This document shows, piece by piece, positions 49,060 through 59,386 of a DNA stretch of 64,000 nt. This DNA is from Armatimonadota bacterium (GTDB lineage Bacteria; Armatimonadota; Fimbriimonadia; Fimbriimonadales; GBS-DC), in assembly GCA_037444405.1 (NCBI GenBank), contig JBBIML010000010.1, forward strand, positions 96,001-160,000, written 5' to 3'. How positions within the stretch are numbered: the stretch's first letter is position 1; each line of letters begins with the position of its first letter. The notes beneath the pieces are model-generated. The model was not told the DNA's origin, ran no database searches, and was given only the letters and a program-made list of their open reading frames with translations. Both the position numbers and the translations under genes were made by a program.

Positions 49060-49791
49060 TCAACACCCGCTGCCAAAGTTGAACAGCACGATGAGCAGGT
49101 CCGCGTCGTCGACCACGCCGTCGCCGTTCACATCACCGTCACAGCGCGTATGCAGCAGGAACGCCTCGGTGCGTCCCGTCGCCGCGTTGAAGCCCACGCC
49201 CACGATGTACCGCCCGTCGGGGCTGATGGCGGTGGCTTCTATTAGATTGGAGCCGCCCGTGAGCAGGCTGGCGTAGGTAGCGTTCAGGTCTTCCATCCCG
49301 CCTGCTTGCGTCCAGCGAAAGGCGTGCTGCTGACTGCTGGCGAATTCCGCCCAGCCCACGACCACCGCGCCGTCCGCCGAAACGCCATAAGCCACGCTCC
49401 GATATCCACCGAGCGTGCCGAGGTCTTGCATCCCCCCAGCCTGCGTCCAGCGAAAGGCGCGCGGAAAATCGCTGGCATTGTGTGCCCAGCCGACAACCAC
49501 TGCGCCATTCGCCGAAGCGTCCCAAGCTGCACTCCTATCTCCACCGAGCGTGCCGAGGCTCTGCATCCCGCCTGCCTGCGTCCAGCGAAACGCGCTGTAA
49601 GAACCGCTGGCGTCGAATGCATAGCCCACGACCACCGCGCCGTCCGCCGAAACGCCATAAGCCGCGCTCTCATTCCCACCGAGCGTTCCTAACCAGGTAA
49701 GACTCTGCGACCAACCCACGGTCGCGCTCAACGCCAACACCACCGTTGCGCTCACCAGCGCGTGGCTCCGATTCGAAAATGTCCGCTTCAT
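49060..49791 (-). CDS. HAF-repeat extracellular protein with C-terminal dockerin-like GC motif
   Basis: Signal peptide; repeats of LGTLGG..S.A..VSADGAVVVG...AFRWTQAGGM; ends GDVNGDGVVDDADLLIVLFNFGSGC. Confidence 0.88.
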   Translation of the reverse strand: MKRTFSNRSHALVSATVVLALSATVGWSQSLTWLGTLGGNESAAYGVSADGAVVVGYAFDASGSYSAFRWTQAGGMQSLGTLGGDRSAAWDASANGAVVVGWAHNASDFPRAFRWTQAGGMQDLGTLGGYRSVAYGVSADGAVVVGWAEFASSQQHAFRWTQAGGMEDLNATYASLLTGGSNLIEATAISPDGRYIVGVGFNAATGRTEAFLLHTRCDGDVNGDGVVDDADLLIVLFNFGSGC

Positions 49792-49907
49792 CGTTTGACC
49801 TCCTTTGCTCCACCCTGCGCTCGAAGCGCAGAGGCTACAATTATATACTATTATACCCCATTTTTCACCCAATGGCAAGGGGTGGCGTATGTTGGGGGGC
49901 GGGCATG

Positions 49908-50150
49908 GTAGGGGCGCATGGCAGTGCGCCCCTGCCACACCTACAGGGTATCGTGGGGCGTGGGAGACGCTGCGTTGGGCGCGAGGCGCGTGATCGGACA
50001 CCCCGCCCGCGCGATGGTAGCATGGGGAGAAGAAAGGTTTTGGCGCCTGTTCCTAATATGACACAGTAAAGACGCGATCCCTGCACGCCTCTCGCAAGCG
50101 GCTGGTGCTGCTGGCAATCGGGTAGAGGCGCACAGATGCGCGCCTCTACC
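49908..50150. repeat. Cluster of GTAG-type REP-like palindromes
   Basis: GTAGGGGCGCATGGCAGTGCGCCCCTGC (49908), degenerate GTAAAGACGC...GCCTCT (50066), GGTAGAGGCGCACAGATGCGCGCCTCTACC (50121-50150). Confidence 0.7.
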
Positions 50151-51699
50151 GTTGCAGGCGCGGGAAGAGAGGTTTCGGCGGCTGAAGCGGATGACCCGCG
50201 GGCAATCGCTCCAGCCAAGGCGCCTCGCTCCAGCGCGGCACCTCCGGCAGGTTCAGAAAGGCAGCCATCGCACGGGCGACCGCCGGCATCACGGGTTCCA
50301 CCAGCATGCAGAGCAGGCGCACCGCCTCCAGCCCCGCGTACAGCACCGTCCCTGCCCGCTGAGTCTCACCCGCCTTCATCAGCGACCAGGGCGCCTGCTC
50401 GTCATAATAGCGGTTAACCGCTGCGATAATCTCCCACGCTTCGCGCAGTCCGCGCGGGAAATCGACCGCCTCGTACGCCTCCGCCACCCGCGCCACCTGC
50501 TGACGGAACACCGCCACCAGCCCATCGTCCACCTGAACCCCTGAAGGCACGCGCCCCTCAAAGTAGCGATGCACCATCGACAGCGTGCGATGCACCAGAT
50601 TGCCCAGGTCGTTCGCAAGGTCGCCATTATAGCGCGTCTCCAGCCCCAGCAGGCTGAACTCGGCGTCCGAATCGGTGGGCATCTCGCGCAGCATGTAGTA
50701 GCGGAAGGCGTCGACCGCGTAGGGCAGCTCACAGCCGGACGCCTGCGAGAGCATCTGCGCCACCTCTAACGGCGCATACACATTCCCCAGCGACTTGGAC
50801 ATCTTCTGCTGGTTCACCACCCACCAGCCGTGCCCATAGAGGCGAACGGGCAACGGGATGCCCAGCGCCATCAGCATCGCGGGCCAGATGGTCGCATGGA
50901 AGCGCGGCAAAATATCTTTGCCCATTAGCTGCAAATCGGGCGGCCAGATATCGAGATAGTCCTCCCCGCGCTCCAGCCAGTCGGTCGCGGTGAGGTAGTT
51001 CAGCAGGGCGTCGAACCACACATAGACCACCGCGCCGCTCTCATCGTCGGGCACGGGCACGCCCCAGTCGGTACCCGAGCGGCTCACTGCCACATCCTGA
51101 AGCCCTTCGGCGATAAAGCCCAGCGTCTCGTTGCGCCGCACCTCTGGCTGAACGAACTCGGGGTGGCTCCCAATATGCTCGCGCAGGCGCGATTCGTAAG
51201 CGGAGAGCCGAAAGTAGTAGCACGGCTCGTCGCGCCACTCCAGCGGCTTGCCGCAGTCAGGGCACGCTCGCTCCGCGCCAATCTTGCTGGATGCCCAGAA
51301 GGTCTCGCACGAGATGCAGTACCAGCCCTGATAGCGGCCCCTGTAAATATCGCCCTGCTCGCGTAGGCGGCGGAACACCGCCTCCACCGTGCGCTTATGG
51401 CGCTCTTCGGTCGTGCGGATGAACACATCGTACTCGATGTGCAGCGACTGCCAGGTGCGGGCGAACACCTCCGCCATCTCGTCCACAAACTGCTGGGTCG
51501 GCTTGCCCTGCTCCTGCGCGACGCGATGCACTTTGGGCGCGTTCTCGTCCGTGCCCGTGAGGAAGTAGACCGCGCGCCCGCGCTGCTTCTGGAACCGTGC
51601 GCAGGCATCCGCCACAATCGTGGTGAGCGCCGTGCCAATGTGCGGCACGCTGTTCACATAGTAAATCGGCGTCGTGATGTAGTAGCACCGTTTGCCCAT
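50146..51699 (-). CDS. metG: Methionyl-tRNA synthetase (short form)
   Basis: YITTPIYYVN..PHIG, TGTDE, YVWFDAL, GKDI, KMSKSLGN. Confidence 0.96.
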   Translation of the reverse strand: MGKRCYYITTPIYYVNSVPHIGTALTTIVADACARFQKQRGRAVYFLTGTDENAPKVHRVAQEQGKPTQQFVDEMAEVFARTWQSLHIEYDVFIRTTEERHKRTVEAVFRRLREQGDIYRGRYQGWYCISCETFWASSKIGAERACPDCGKPLEWRDEPCYYFRLSAYESRLREHIGSHPEFVQPEVRRNETLGFIAEGLQDVAVSRSGTDWGVPVPDDESGAVVYVWFDALLNYLTATDWLERGEDYLDIWPPDLQLMGKDILPRFHATIWPAMLMALGIPLPVRLYGHGWWVVNQQKMSKSLGNVYAPLEVAQMLSQASGCELPYAVDAFRYYMLREMPTDSDAEFSLLGLETRYNGDLANDLGNLVHRTLSMVHRYFEGRVPSGVQVDDGLVAVFRQQVARVAEAYEAVDFPRGLREAWEIIAAVNRYYDEQAPWSLMKAGETQRAGTVLYAGLEAVRLLCMLVEPVMPAVARAMAAFLNLPEVPRWSEAPWLERLPAGHPLQPPKPLFPRLQR

Positions 51700-51787
51700 C
51701 GCTATCCCGATAGAGTTTACCTGCTGGCGCATGGGGTATAATATCGCTGGCTGCACCTCCTATGGGCAGCCGAAAGGAGGATCAACG

Positions 51788-53311
51788 ATGATGAACCGAT
51801 GGCTTCTGGGAACGGTTAGCATGCTGGGCGCAATCAGCATCGCCCTTGCGCAACCGCGCGTCGTGATTAACGAGTTCGCTTACGACGATACGGGCACTGA
51901 CGATGTGGAGTTCGTCGAACTCTACAACGCCGATACGGTGCCGGTGGACATTTCGGGCTGGGTGCTGGAAAGCGGCGACCTGGTATCGGGTGATAACAAC
52001 GCCGACTATACCATCCCCGCGGGCACAGTGCTTCAACCCGGCGACTACTATGTGATTGGCTCCGGGAATGTGCCGAATGTGGACCTTGTGGTGGGCACCA
52101 ACAACCTGTTCGAGAACGATAACGAGTGGACGGTGCTCAGGATGCCTGACGGCACGGTGGTGGATGCGATTGCCTATGAGACCAATAAGAACCCCGATCT
52201 CACTGCGTGGGTGCCTGCTGGTGTGATTCCGCAGCTGGGTCGGGGCATCTGGGGCAACTACATTACTTTGCAAGCCAGCGGCACCACCGATGACACCCTG
52301 CTCTCGCTCCAGCGCTGGAAGGACGGACTGGACACCAACGATAACGGGCGCGACTTCGGGCATATGCCCTGGACGCCCGGCGCATCCAATAACACCACGC
52401 CCACGCCCTTCAGCGACGACTTCAACGCCAGGAATGTGTATGACCTCGTGCCGAACCTGAGCGGCTCGTTCCGCGCCCCGCGCGTGATCGACCCAACCCA
52501 GTGGGATAGCACCTACACCACCACACCAAACCCGAACTCGATCCCCTACTCGCCCGATGGCGGCAACGCGATGATCGCCTGGGACTGGGCAGGCGGCGGC
52601 AACATGGCGACCTCCACCTTCGCCTTCCAGAACCGCGCCGGCTACGAACTCTATATCCACATCGATAACACCATGCCCGTTCCGGGCGAACTGGAATCGT
52701 GGATGATCGGGCTAATGGGCACTGCCGACTCGTTCTACAACATCCCGTTCCGCTATCTGGTGAATGCATGCGGCGTGACAGGTGTCGGCTGGCTGTTCAA
52801 ACGCGCGAACACCACCAGCGACGAGGTGGCGGTGAAGCTGCGCCTGGTCGATGCGGGTCCGGGCGGCGACAGCAACCCTAACGGCACGATGCAGTGGACC
52901 ACCTTCGGCGAGATCGACCTGAGCGGCATTACGCCCGGCTGGTATCGCCTACGCCTGGAAGTGAAGGGCAACAAGGTGCGCGGTATCTTCGGCGGCACCT
53001 ACGGCTCCACTTCTGACGGCACGATTATTGAGGGTACCACCAGCGGCTGGATCGGCGCGTTTTACATCGGCTACCGTGAAGCCTACGCTACCGACCAGTT
53101 CACTAATCCCGTACGCATCGACGCGCTGAACCTGTTCATCCCCGTCGATGGCGATGTGGATGGCAACGGCTGTGTGGATGACGCCGACCTGCTGGAGGTG
53201 CTGTTCAGCTTTGGGCAGACAGGTGCCTCACGCGCCGATGTGAACGGCGATGGCACAGTCGACGACGCCGACCTGCTGACCGTGCTGTTTGACTTCGGCA
53301 GCGGCTGTTAG
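51788..53311 (+). CDS. Lamin-tail-domain secreted protein with C-terminal dockerin-like GC domain
   Basis: VVINEF...EFVELYN...VDISGW...IPAGTVLQPGDYYVI (LTD); two DVxGxGxVDDADLL repeats, ending FGSGC. Confidence 0.85.
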   Translation: MMNRWLLGTVSMLGAISIALAQPRVVINEFAYDDTGTDDVEFVELYNADTVPVDISGWVLESGDLVSGDNNADYTIPAGTVLQPGDYYVIGSGNVPNVDLVVGTNNLFENDNEWTVLRMPDGTVVDAIAYETNKNPDLTAWVPAGVIPQLGRGIWGNYITLQASGTTDDTLLSLQRWKDGLDTNDNGRDFGHMPWTPGASNNTTPTPFSDDFNARNVYDLVPNLSGSFRAPRVIDPTQWDSTYTTTPNPNSIPYSPDGGNAMIAWDWAGGGNMATSTFAFQNRAGYELYIHIDNTMPVPGELESWMIGLMGTADSFYNIPFRYLVNACGVTGVGWLFKRANTTSDEVAVKLRLVDAGPGGDSNPNGTMQWTTFGEIDLSGITPGWYRLRLEVKGNKVRGIFGGTYGSTSDGTIIEGTTSGWIGAFYIGYREAYATDQFTNPVRIDALNLFIPVDGDVDGNGCVDDADLLEVLFSFGQTGASRADVNGDGTVDDADLLTVLFDFGSGC

Positions 53312-53394
53312 CCCTCACCCCCGTGCCCCCTCTCCCGAAGCTTTGGGAGAGGGGGTCTAAATCCCTTCCCCCTTGAAGAGGCTGGGTGAGGGGT
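53311..53394. repeat. CCCTCACCC-family repeat pair
   Basis: CCCTCACCCCCGTGCCCCCTCTCCCGAAGCTTTGGGAGAGGGGG...GGGTGAGGG. Confidence 0.8.
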
Positions 53395-53420
53395 ATAATC
53401 TCCTGACAGGGGAGCGAACG

Positions 53421-54179
53421 ATGAGAACAAGGGGCTTTACGCTGATCGAATTGCTGGTCGTGATCGCGATTATCGCCATCCTGGCGGCGATTCTGTTCCC
53501 CGTGTTCGCGCAGGCACGCAACAAGGCTCGCCAGACCGCCTGCATCAGCAACATCCGCCAGTGCTGGCTGGCGCTAACGATGTACCGGGACGATCACGAT
53601 AGCGTGTATCCCTATGGGATTGACTTCAACCCAAGCCGACAGCCGAATGACTGTACCCGCTGGGATCGATCCCAGATTATTTTTACCTGGGAAGGTCCCG
53701 TGACTCGACCGTATGTTCCCGATTGTATTATGTATGGAACCGCTTTTCCCGTGTGGCTTCCGACCGCTCAGGGACGCCGTGCGATTATAGAGCCATACCT
53801 CAAAGATGATAAGGTCATTTACTGTCCGAATGTGCCCGACTGCTGGCTGCAAGGCAACTGTCCAAACCCTTTTATGGTGGGCAACTTCAACAATGGTTAC
53901 TTCTATGACCCGGCACGCACTCGTGGACGCTCCAGCTACTACTACCCGTACTACGATTGGGGAGCTTTCCGATACACTGGTTCCTCTCCTGATGAAGCAA
54001 ACCGTCTGGCAGCTGAGAACTTGATCTGGGGGCGCTCGGGCGACACGCTGGACGAGCGGGTGCGCATCCTGCTGGATAACTACCTCTATCAACAGCGCCA
54101 TATTCAGGGCGGCAATATCGCCACGATGGTGGTTGTCCACCAGAGCGGAGCCACCAAAGTCTGGAAATGGCAACAGTAG
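53421..54179 (+). CDS. Prepilin-type N-terminal cleavage/methylation (DUF1559-like) protein
   Basis: [39 protein letters not shown]. Confidence 0.9.
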   Translation: MRTRGFTLIELLVVIAIIAILAAILFPVFAQARNKARQTACISNIRQCWLALTMYRDDHDSVYPYGIDFNPSRQPNDCTRWDRSQIIFTWEGPVTRPYVPDCIMYGTAFPVWLPTAQGRRAIIEPYLKDDKVIYCPNVPDCWLQGNCPNPFMVGNFNNGYFYDPARTRGRSSYYYPYYDWGAFRYTGSSPDEANRLAAENLIWGRSGDTLDERVRILLDNYLYQQRHIQGGNIATMVVVHQSGATKVWKWQQ

Positions 54180-54280
54180 ACTAACCCGAAGCGACTGGGA
54201 GGGACATACCCGCAAATGCGCCCCTTCCAAATATTTTGCGTCTGAATACCCGTCGAGCAGGAATCGCCCCGAAGGCGGGG

Positions 54281-54309
54281 TATAATAAAAGGGAATTGAA
54301 GCGCTTCAA
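54281..54309 (+). promoter_or_regulatory. -10 box TATAAT plus LacI-type palindromic operator
   Basis: TATAAT at 54281-86; perfect 14-bp palindrome TTGAAGCGCTTCAA at 54296-54309 with central CG. Confidence 0.65.
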
Positions 54310-54353
54310 AAGCGTGGGCAACCCACCACCGAAGCGCGAAGGAGGCTCAAACG

Positions 54354-55157
54354 ATGAGGCGAAGGGGCTTTACGCTGATTGAGCTGCTGGTCGTGATCGC
54401 GATCATCGCCATCTTAGCGGCGATGCTATTCCCGGTGTTCGCGCAGGCGCGCGAAAAAGCGCGTCAAATCACCTGCACCAGCAACGATAAACAGATGGGC
54501 ATGGCAACGATGATGTACCTCAACGACTATGACCAGCTCTGGTTCCCTGCATGGGTGGAAGTGCCCGGACCTGGCAACGGGCACTGGTTCTTCAAAATCT
54601 CGCCCTATATCAAATCGGGCACCGGCGCCGACTGGAGTACCTATCGACGCGACCGCAATGTGGAGATTCGCATCTGCCCGTCGGGTGTCGCCGTCGCTTT
54701 CAACTACAGCATGAACGGGCATGTCAGCCTTCTGCGCCAGGACTGCCCTCTGGGCCCTTACACCTGCTATGATCCCGATTCGGAAGCCATCTTCACTCAC
54801 CCTGCCGAGACAATTATTTATGGTGACGCAACTCAGCTGGAGGGCTGGGACTGGGCGTCGTCAGCGAACTTTTGCTGGTGGCCATCGCAGGCGACCTGCT
54901 GGAACGGCGGGCGGTTCCCGCAGGGCGATGAGGACCCGCTCTGGCGGATTGTGGATCGCGACCTGCCCGCCTCCGTGTGCGATCCGCGACAGAGGGACTG
55001 CTCGAATCTCGGCTATGGACAGGTACGCTACCGCCATCAGCGGTTCGCTGTGTTCGTCTTCGCGGATGGACACGCCAAAGCGATTCGACGCGGCGCCGTC
55101 AAAGTGCCCTGGAACTGGTCAATCACCGCCCAGCACGAGAACGACTGGGCACGGTGA
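54354..55157 (+). CDS. DUF1559-like prepilin protein with H-X9-DG motif
   Basis: [32 protein letters not shown]-terminal [16 protein letters not shown]. Confidence 0.92.
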   Translation: MRRRGFTLIELLVVIAIIAILAAMLFPVFAQAREKARQITCTSNDKQMGMATMMYLNDYDQLWFPAWVEVPGPGNGHWFFKISPYIKSGTGADWSTYRRDRNVEIRICPSGVAVAFNYSMNGHVSLLRQDCPLGPYTCYDPDSEAIFTHPAETIIYGDATQLEGWDWASSANFCWWPSQATCWNGGRFPQGDEDPLWRIVDRDLPASVCDPRQRDCSNLGYGQVRYRHQRFAVFVFADGHAKAIRRGAVKVPWNWSITAQHENDWAR

Positions 55158-55249
55158 AGCAGGAGCGCCGCCATCAGCCTGCAATCCCCCACCATGCTGG
55201 AAGGAATTGCAGGCTGAACGACTAAACAGAGTGTGCGGAGGGAACAGCG

Positions 55250-55498
55250 ATGCTCAGGCAAGAGATACCGACGCCTGTGGCGATAGGGGTTATCGTGGTG
55301 GTGCTGCTAATTGTGGGCTTTCTGGTCTATCGGTTTGTGTTTGCGCCTGCGCCCACCGTGAGCACCATTCCGGAGGTGCCGATGCCGTCGCCCAGCGCGA
55401 CAGCGCCGCCGGCTCCGGGAGGTCAGCCGCAGGCGCCTGCGAATGACCCGACCCGTGCGCCTTTCACACCGCCGCCTGGCTACGGCGCACCGCGATAG
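55250..55498 (+). CDS. Small single-TM Pro-rich protein
   Basis: GGAGG RBS; MLRQEIPTPVAIGVIVVVLLIVGFLVYR then a Pro-rich tail. Confidence 0.7.
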   Translation: MLRQEIPTPVAIGVIVVVLLIVGFLVYRFVFAPAPTVSTIPEVPMPSPSATAPPAPGGQPQAPANDPTRAPFTPPPGYGAPR

Positions 55499-55514
55499 AG
55501 TCGCTAACAGGCGT

Positions 55515-56189
55515 TCAGATGTTCTCCTCAACGCCCAACTCGCGTAGCCGCTGGGCTAACCGTTCGGCACGCTGGCGTTCCTGCTCGGCGCGGGCAATCG
55601 CTTCCTGCAACGCCTGCTTGACCGCTTCAAATCGCACGAAACGGTTGCCCTCCGCGTCATACACGCTAGGGTCGTCTCCTTCACCGCGTTCGAACCGAAT
55701 CCCCAACAGGGGACTGACCCAGCCCTCCATGTTCTCGATCGGCTCCAGAAAATCGCCCTTGCGAATCGCGCCGTACCACTGACCTGTGTCGGGATCGTAG
55801 ATGTAGTACTCCTGCACGCCGAAACGGTCGTAGAAAGCGTGCTTGAAGCCCCAATCCGCCAGCGTGTTGCCAGGTGAAACGACCTCGAACACCACCTGGG
55901 GCGCGACGCCATCCTCTTCCCACTGTTTGTAGTAGCCGCGATGCCCCTTCGGGCGCCCAATCACCACCATCACATCGGGCGCCGTGCGAATATCGGGGCG
56001 CCCCTCCACCGGGTACCAGAACAGATCCATCGCCACGAACACATCCGCGCGACTGGCAAACATTGCCTCCAGATTATTTTTCAGCAGGGTCATCACATTC
56101 GCCTGTATCGTGTTGCTTGCCATCGGTTGTCCATCTGTTTCCGGGTAGACAATCTCCGCTTTTGGCGCTTCGGATGCCGTCGCTTGCAT
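55515..56189 (-). CDS. Uma2 family (DUF820) putative endonuclease
   Basis: YPETDGQPMA.N, APDVMV, PQVVFEVVSP, YDRFGVQEYYIYDP, ERLAQRLRELG. Confidence 0.93.
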   Translation of the reverse strand: MQATASEAPKAEIVYPETDGQPMASNTIQANVMTLLKNNLEAMFASRADVFVAMDLFWYPVEGRPDIRTAPDVMVVIGRPKGHRGYYKQWEEDGVAPQVVFEVVSPGNTLADWGFKHAFYDRFGVQEYYIYDPDTGQWYGAIRKGDFLEPIENMEGWVSPLLGIRFERGEGDDPSVYDAEGNRFVRFEAVKQALQEAIARAEQERQRAERLAQRLRELGVEENI

Positions 56190-56213
56190 CGCTCATCACC
56201 CCCATCAGTATAC

Positions 56214-57248
56214 CTATTTGCTGGCGAAGGGCGCCAGCGCGGTTCGAATCGCCTGTATCTTCGCCATCAGCTCGGCGAACTCGTCGGGTCGCAACGATTG
56301 GGCGCCATCGGAAAGCGCGCGTTCCGGTTGCGGATGCACTTCGATCAGCAAGCCGTCCGCGCCCGCTGCCACCGCCGCCAGCGCGACGGCAGACACATAG
56401 CGGGCATGCCCGATTCCGTGGCTGGGATCCACAATCACAGGCAGATGCGAATGGTAGCGCAGGATGGGCACCGCATTGATGTCCAGCGTGTGGCGGGCGT
56501 AGGTGCGGTCGATGGGCACGATCCCGCGCTCGCACAGCATCACCTGCTCGTTGTCCTGCATCAGCAGGTACTCGGCGGCGGCGAGCCACTCGTCGATGGT
56601 GGCGTGCGGCGCGCGCTTGAGCAATACGGGCTTGCCCGAGCGCCCCGCCGCCACCAGCAGCGGGAAGTTCTGCATGCTCCGCGCCCCAATCTGCAGAATA
56701 TCCACATACTCCGCCACCAGCTCCACATCGTGCGGGTCCAGCACCTCGCTCACGGTCGGGATACCCACTTCCTGGCTCACGGCTTTCAAGATTTCCAGCC
56801 CTTCGCGCTGAAGACCCTGAAACGAGTAGGGCGAGGTGCGCGGTTTGTACGCGCCGCCGCGCAGGATGCTGGCGCCCGCCGCTTTCACCGCCCGCGCCGC
56901 GCTCAGCGTCTGCTCATAGCTCTCCACAGCGCACGGACCCGCCATCACCACGAAGTGCCCCGCGCCGATGCGCACCTCGCCGACGCGCACCTCCGTGTCA
57001 TGCGGATGGAAATCGCGTGAGGCGAGCTTGTACGGGCGCGACACATGCACCACCTGATCCACGCCCGGCATCGCCGACAGAATCTCGTCCAGCAGCGGGC
57101 GCAGGTTCGGCGGAATCGCGCTCGGTATGCCCACCGCCGTGCGCTCACCACCCGGCAACGGCTGCGCCTTCAGCCCATGCGACTCGATGGTCTGAACCAC
57201 CGCCTGAATCTGCTCTTCCGTCGCTTCCTTCCGCATCAGCACGATCAT
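56214..57248 (-). CDS. aroF: 3-deoxy-7-phosphoheptulonate (DAHP) synthase, type I-beta with N-terminal regulatory domain
   Basis: AGPCAVES, RGGAYKPRTSPYSFQG, QIGAR, CERGI, DPSH, ALSDG. Confidence 0.94.
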   Translation of the reverse strand: MIVLMRKEATEEQIQAVVQTIESHGLKAQPLPGGERTAVGIPSAIPPNLRPLLDEILSAMPGVDQVVHVSRPYKLASRDFHPHDTEVRVGEVRIGAGHFVVMAGPCAVESYEQTLSAARAVKAAGASILRGGAYKPRTSPYSFQGLQREGLEILKAVSQEVGIPTVSEVLDPHDVELVAEYVDILQIGARSMQNFPLLVAAGRSGKPVLLKRAPHATIDEWLAAAEYLLMQDNEQVMLCERGIVPIDRTYARHTLDINAVPILRYHSHLPVIVDPSHGIGHARYVSAVALAAVAAGADGLLIEVHPQPERALSDGAQSLRPDEFAELMAKIQAIRTALAPFASK

Positions 57249-57348
57249 CGCCGACTCCCCTCTATCACACAGCTGGCTTCCCAAGTATACCCTGCCTTAC
57301 GCCATTCTGCACAGCGTCAGGTATGCTTTTTGAGGGAACCATCAGGAA

Positions 57349-59337
57349 ATGAATCGAATCGGCTGGATGGTGGGGCTGGGGTTATTGTTGATCGGGATCG
57401 GCTGGTGGCTGATGCGCCCCAGAGCCAGCTCCATCGAACCGCCACAGGAGGCACCCGCGATGCAGGATCGGCTAACCGCGCCCGATTTTCCCGAAGGGCT
57501 GGAATGGCTCAACACCGACCGACTACTCAGCCTGCGCGACCTGCGCGGCAAAGTGGTGCTGCTCGACTTCTGGACCTACTGCTGCATCAACTGCATGCAT
57601 ATCCTGCCCGACCTCAAGCGGCTGGAACACAAATATCCCGACGAGCTGGTGGTCATCGGCGTCCACTCCGCCAAGTTCTTCACCGAGCAGGATTCCCGCA
57701 ACATCCGTCAGGCGATTTTGCGCTATGAGATTGAGCATCCTGTCGTGAACGATAACCAAATGCTCATCTGGGATCGGTACGGTGTGCGCGCCTGGCCCAC
57801 CCTGGTGCTGATCGACCCGCAGGGCAAAATCGCCCATTACCGTTCGGGCGAGGGGGTCTATGCGGCGTTTGACCCGATTATCGCGAAGGTGATAGCGGAG
57901 TTCGACAGGCGCGGTCTGCTGGATCGCACGCCGCTCAGGTTCAAGCTGGAGCGCGAGCGCAAGCCCATCACCCCGCTCAACTTCCCTGGCAAGGTGCTGG
58001 CAGATGAAGCCACCAATCGCCTCTTTATTGCCGATTCGAACCACCATCGCATCGTGGTGCTGTCGCTGAAGAACAACAGCGTGCAGATGGTGATTGGCAG
58101 TGGTCAGCCGGGCTTGCAGGATGGCGATTTCGCTGCTGCCCGCTTCCGCAACCCGCAGGGCATGGCGTTTGACCCAGCCAACGAAACACTCTATATCGCC
58201 GACACCGACAATCACGCCATTCGCAAAGCCGACCTGCGCACGCGCAGGGTAGAGACGCTGGCGGGCACAGGCGAACAGAGCCGCTTCTACCCGCCGCAGG
58301 CAGGCGCTGGCAAGCAGACCGCGCTCAGCTCCCCATGGGATGTGGTGCTGCACGGGGAGATGCTCTATATCGCGATGGCGGGCTGCCACCAGCTCTGGCG
58401 ACTGAACCTGCGCACGGGTCAGGTCGAGCCGCACGCGGGCACAGGGCGCGAAGCGCTTATCGACGCGCCGTTGTCTATGGCGGCGCTGGCGCAACCCTCG
58501 GGCATCACCACCGACGGCACGCGCCTCTATTTTGCCGATAGCGAGGTCAGCAGCATTCGCGCCGCCGATATCGACCCGAATGGGCGCGTGGAGACGCTGG
58601 TCGGCGGCGACCTGTTCGACTTCGGCGACCGCGATGGTGTCGGGCGGGAGGCGCGCCTGCAGCACCCGCTCGGCGTCGCCTACCATAATGGCATGCTCTA
58701 TGTCGCCGACACCTACAACAACAAAATCAAACGCCTTGACCCCCGCACGCGGCGAATCGAAACATTTCTGGGCACGGGCGAAGAGGGCGCACGCGACGGC
58801 GAGAACCCCACCTTCGATGAGCCCGGTGGACTGAGCGTGGCGCACGGCAAGCTCTACATCGCCGACACCAACAACCACCTCATTCGTGTGGCGGATTTGC
58901 AGACCCGTCGCGTGTCGACACTGGTCATCAGGGGGCTGGAGCAGCTGAGACCGCCCGCGGAAGTGATGCGCCCGCAGGTGATGGAGCTGCCCGAAGCGGC
59001 GGTCGCGCCCAAAAACAGCCGTCTGCGCCTGCAGATTCGCCTGCCCGACGGCTACAAGCTCAATCCGAACGCCCCTTCGCGCGTGTCCATCAAGGTTAAC
59101 GGTGCTACCATCGATGGGCAAACCGCGATCGACCGTTCCCTGACCACCACCGCGCTGGAGCTGCCGCTGAAACTCAGCGGGCGTACCGCCACGCTGGAAA
59201 TCGATCTGCTCCTTTACTACTGCCAGAGCGGGCGTGAGGCGCTCTGCTTCATTCGTGAAGCCCAGCTCAAACAGCCCCTGCGACAGAATGGCAACCCTGC
59301 CACTGTCTCCATCGAATACACGGTGCCGCCGCCCTAA
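57349..59337 (+). CDS. Thioredoxin-like plus NHL-repeat protein (NHLRC2-like)
   Basis: [20 protein letters not shown], repeated YIAD/YVAD NHL blades; N-terminal signal/TM segment. Confidence 0.92.
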   Translation: MNRIGWMVGLGLLLIGIGWWLMRPRASSIEPPQEAPAMQDRLTAPDFPEGLEWLNTDRLLSLRDLRGKVVLLDFWTYCCINCMHILPDLKRLEHKYPDELVVIGVHSAKFFTEQDSRNIRQAILRYEIEHPVVNDNQMLIWDRYGVRAWPTLVLIDPQGKIAHYRSGEGVYAAFDPIIAKVIAEFDRRGLLDRTPLRFKLERERKPITPLNFPGKVLADEATNRLFIADSNHHRIVVLSLKNNSVQMVIGSGQPGLQDGDFAAARFRNPQGMAFDPANETLYIADTDNHAIRKADLRTRRVETLAGTGEQSRFYPPQAGAGKQTALSSPWDVVLHGEMLYIAMAGCHQLWRLNLRTGQVEPHAGTGREALIDAPLSMAALAQPSGITTDGTRLYFADSEVSSIRAADIDPNGRVETLVGGDLFDFGDRDGVGREARLQHPLGVAYHNGMLYVADTYNNKIKRLDPRTRRIETFLGTGEEGARDGENPTFDEPGGLSVAHGKLYIADTNNHLIRVADLQTRRVSTLVIRGLEQLRPPAEVMRPQVMELPEAAVAPKNSRLRLQIRLPDGYKLNPNAPSRVSIKVNGATIDGQTAIDRSLTTTALELPLKLSGRTATLEIDLLLYYCQSGREALCFIREAQLKQPLRQNGNPATVSIEYTVPPP

Positions 59338-59386
59338 GGGGATTGAGGCTCGCGCCCCTCTGGGGCAGGGGTATACTTCTGACAGG

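Noticed and set aside
51700..51787. T-box or SAM riboswitch upstream of metG
   Set aside because: The 88-bp divergent gap holds only -10 boxes and an RBS.
55515..56189. Uma2 gene as a mobile or defence island
   Set aside because: Single gene with no methylase, terminal repeats or compositional anomaly; the family is commonly multicopy.
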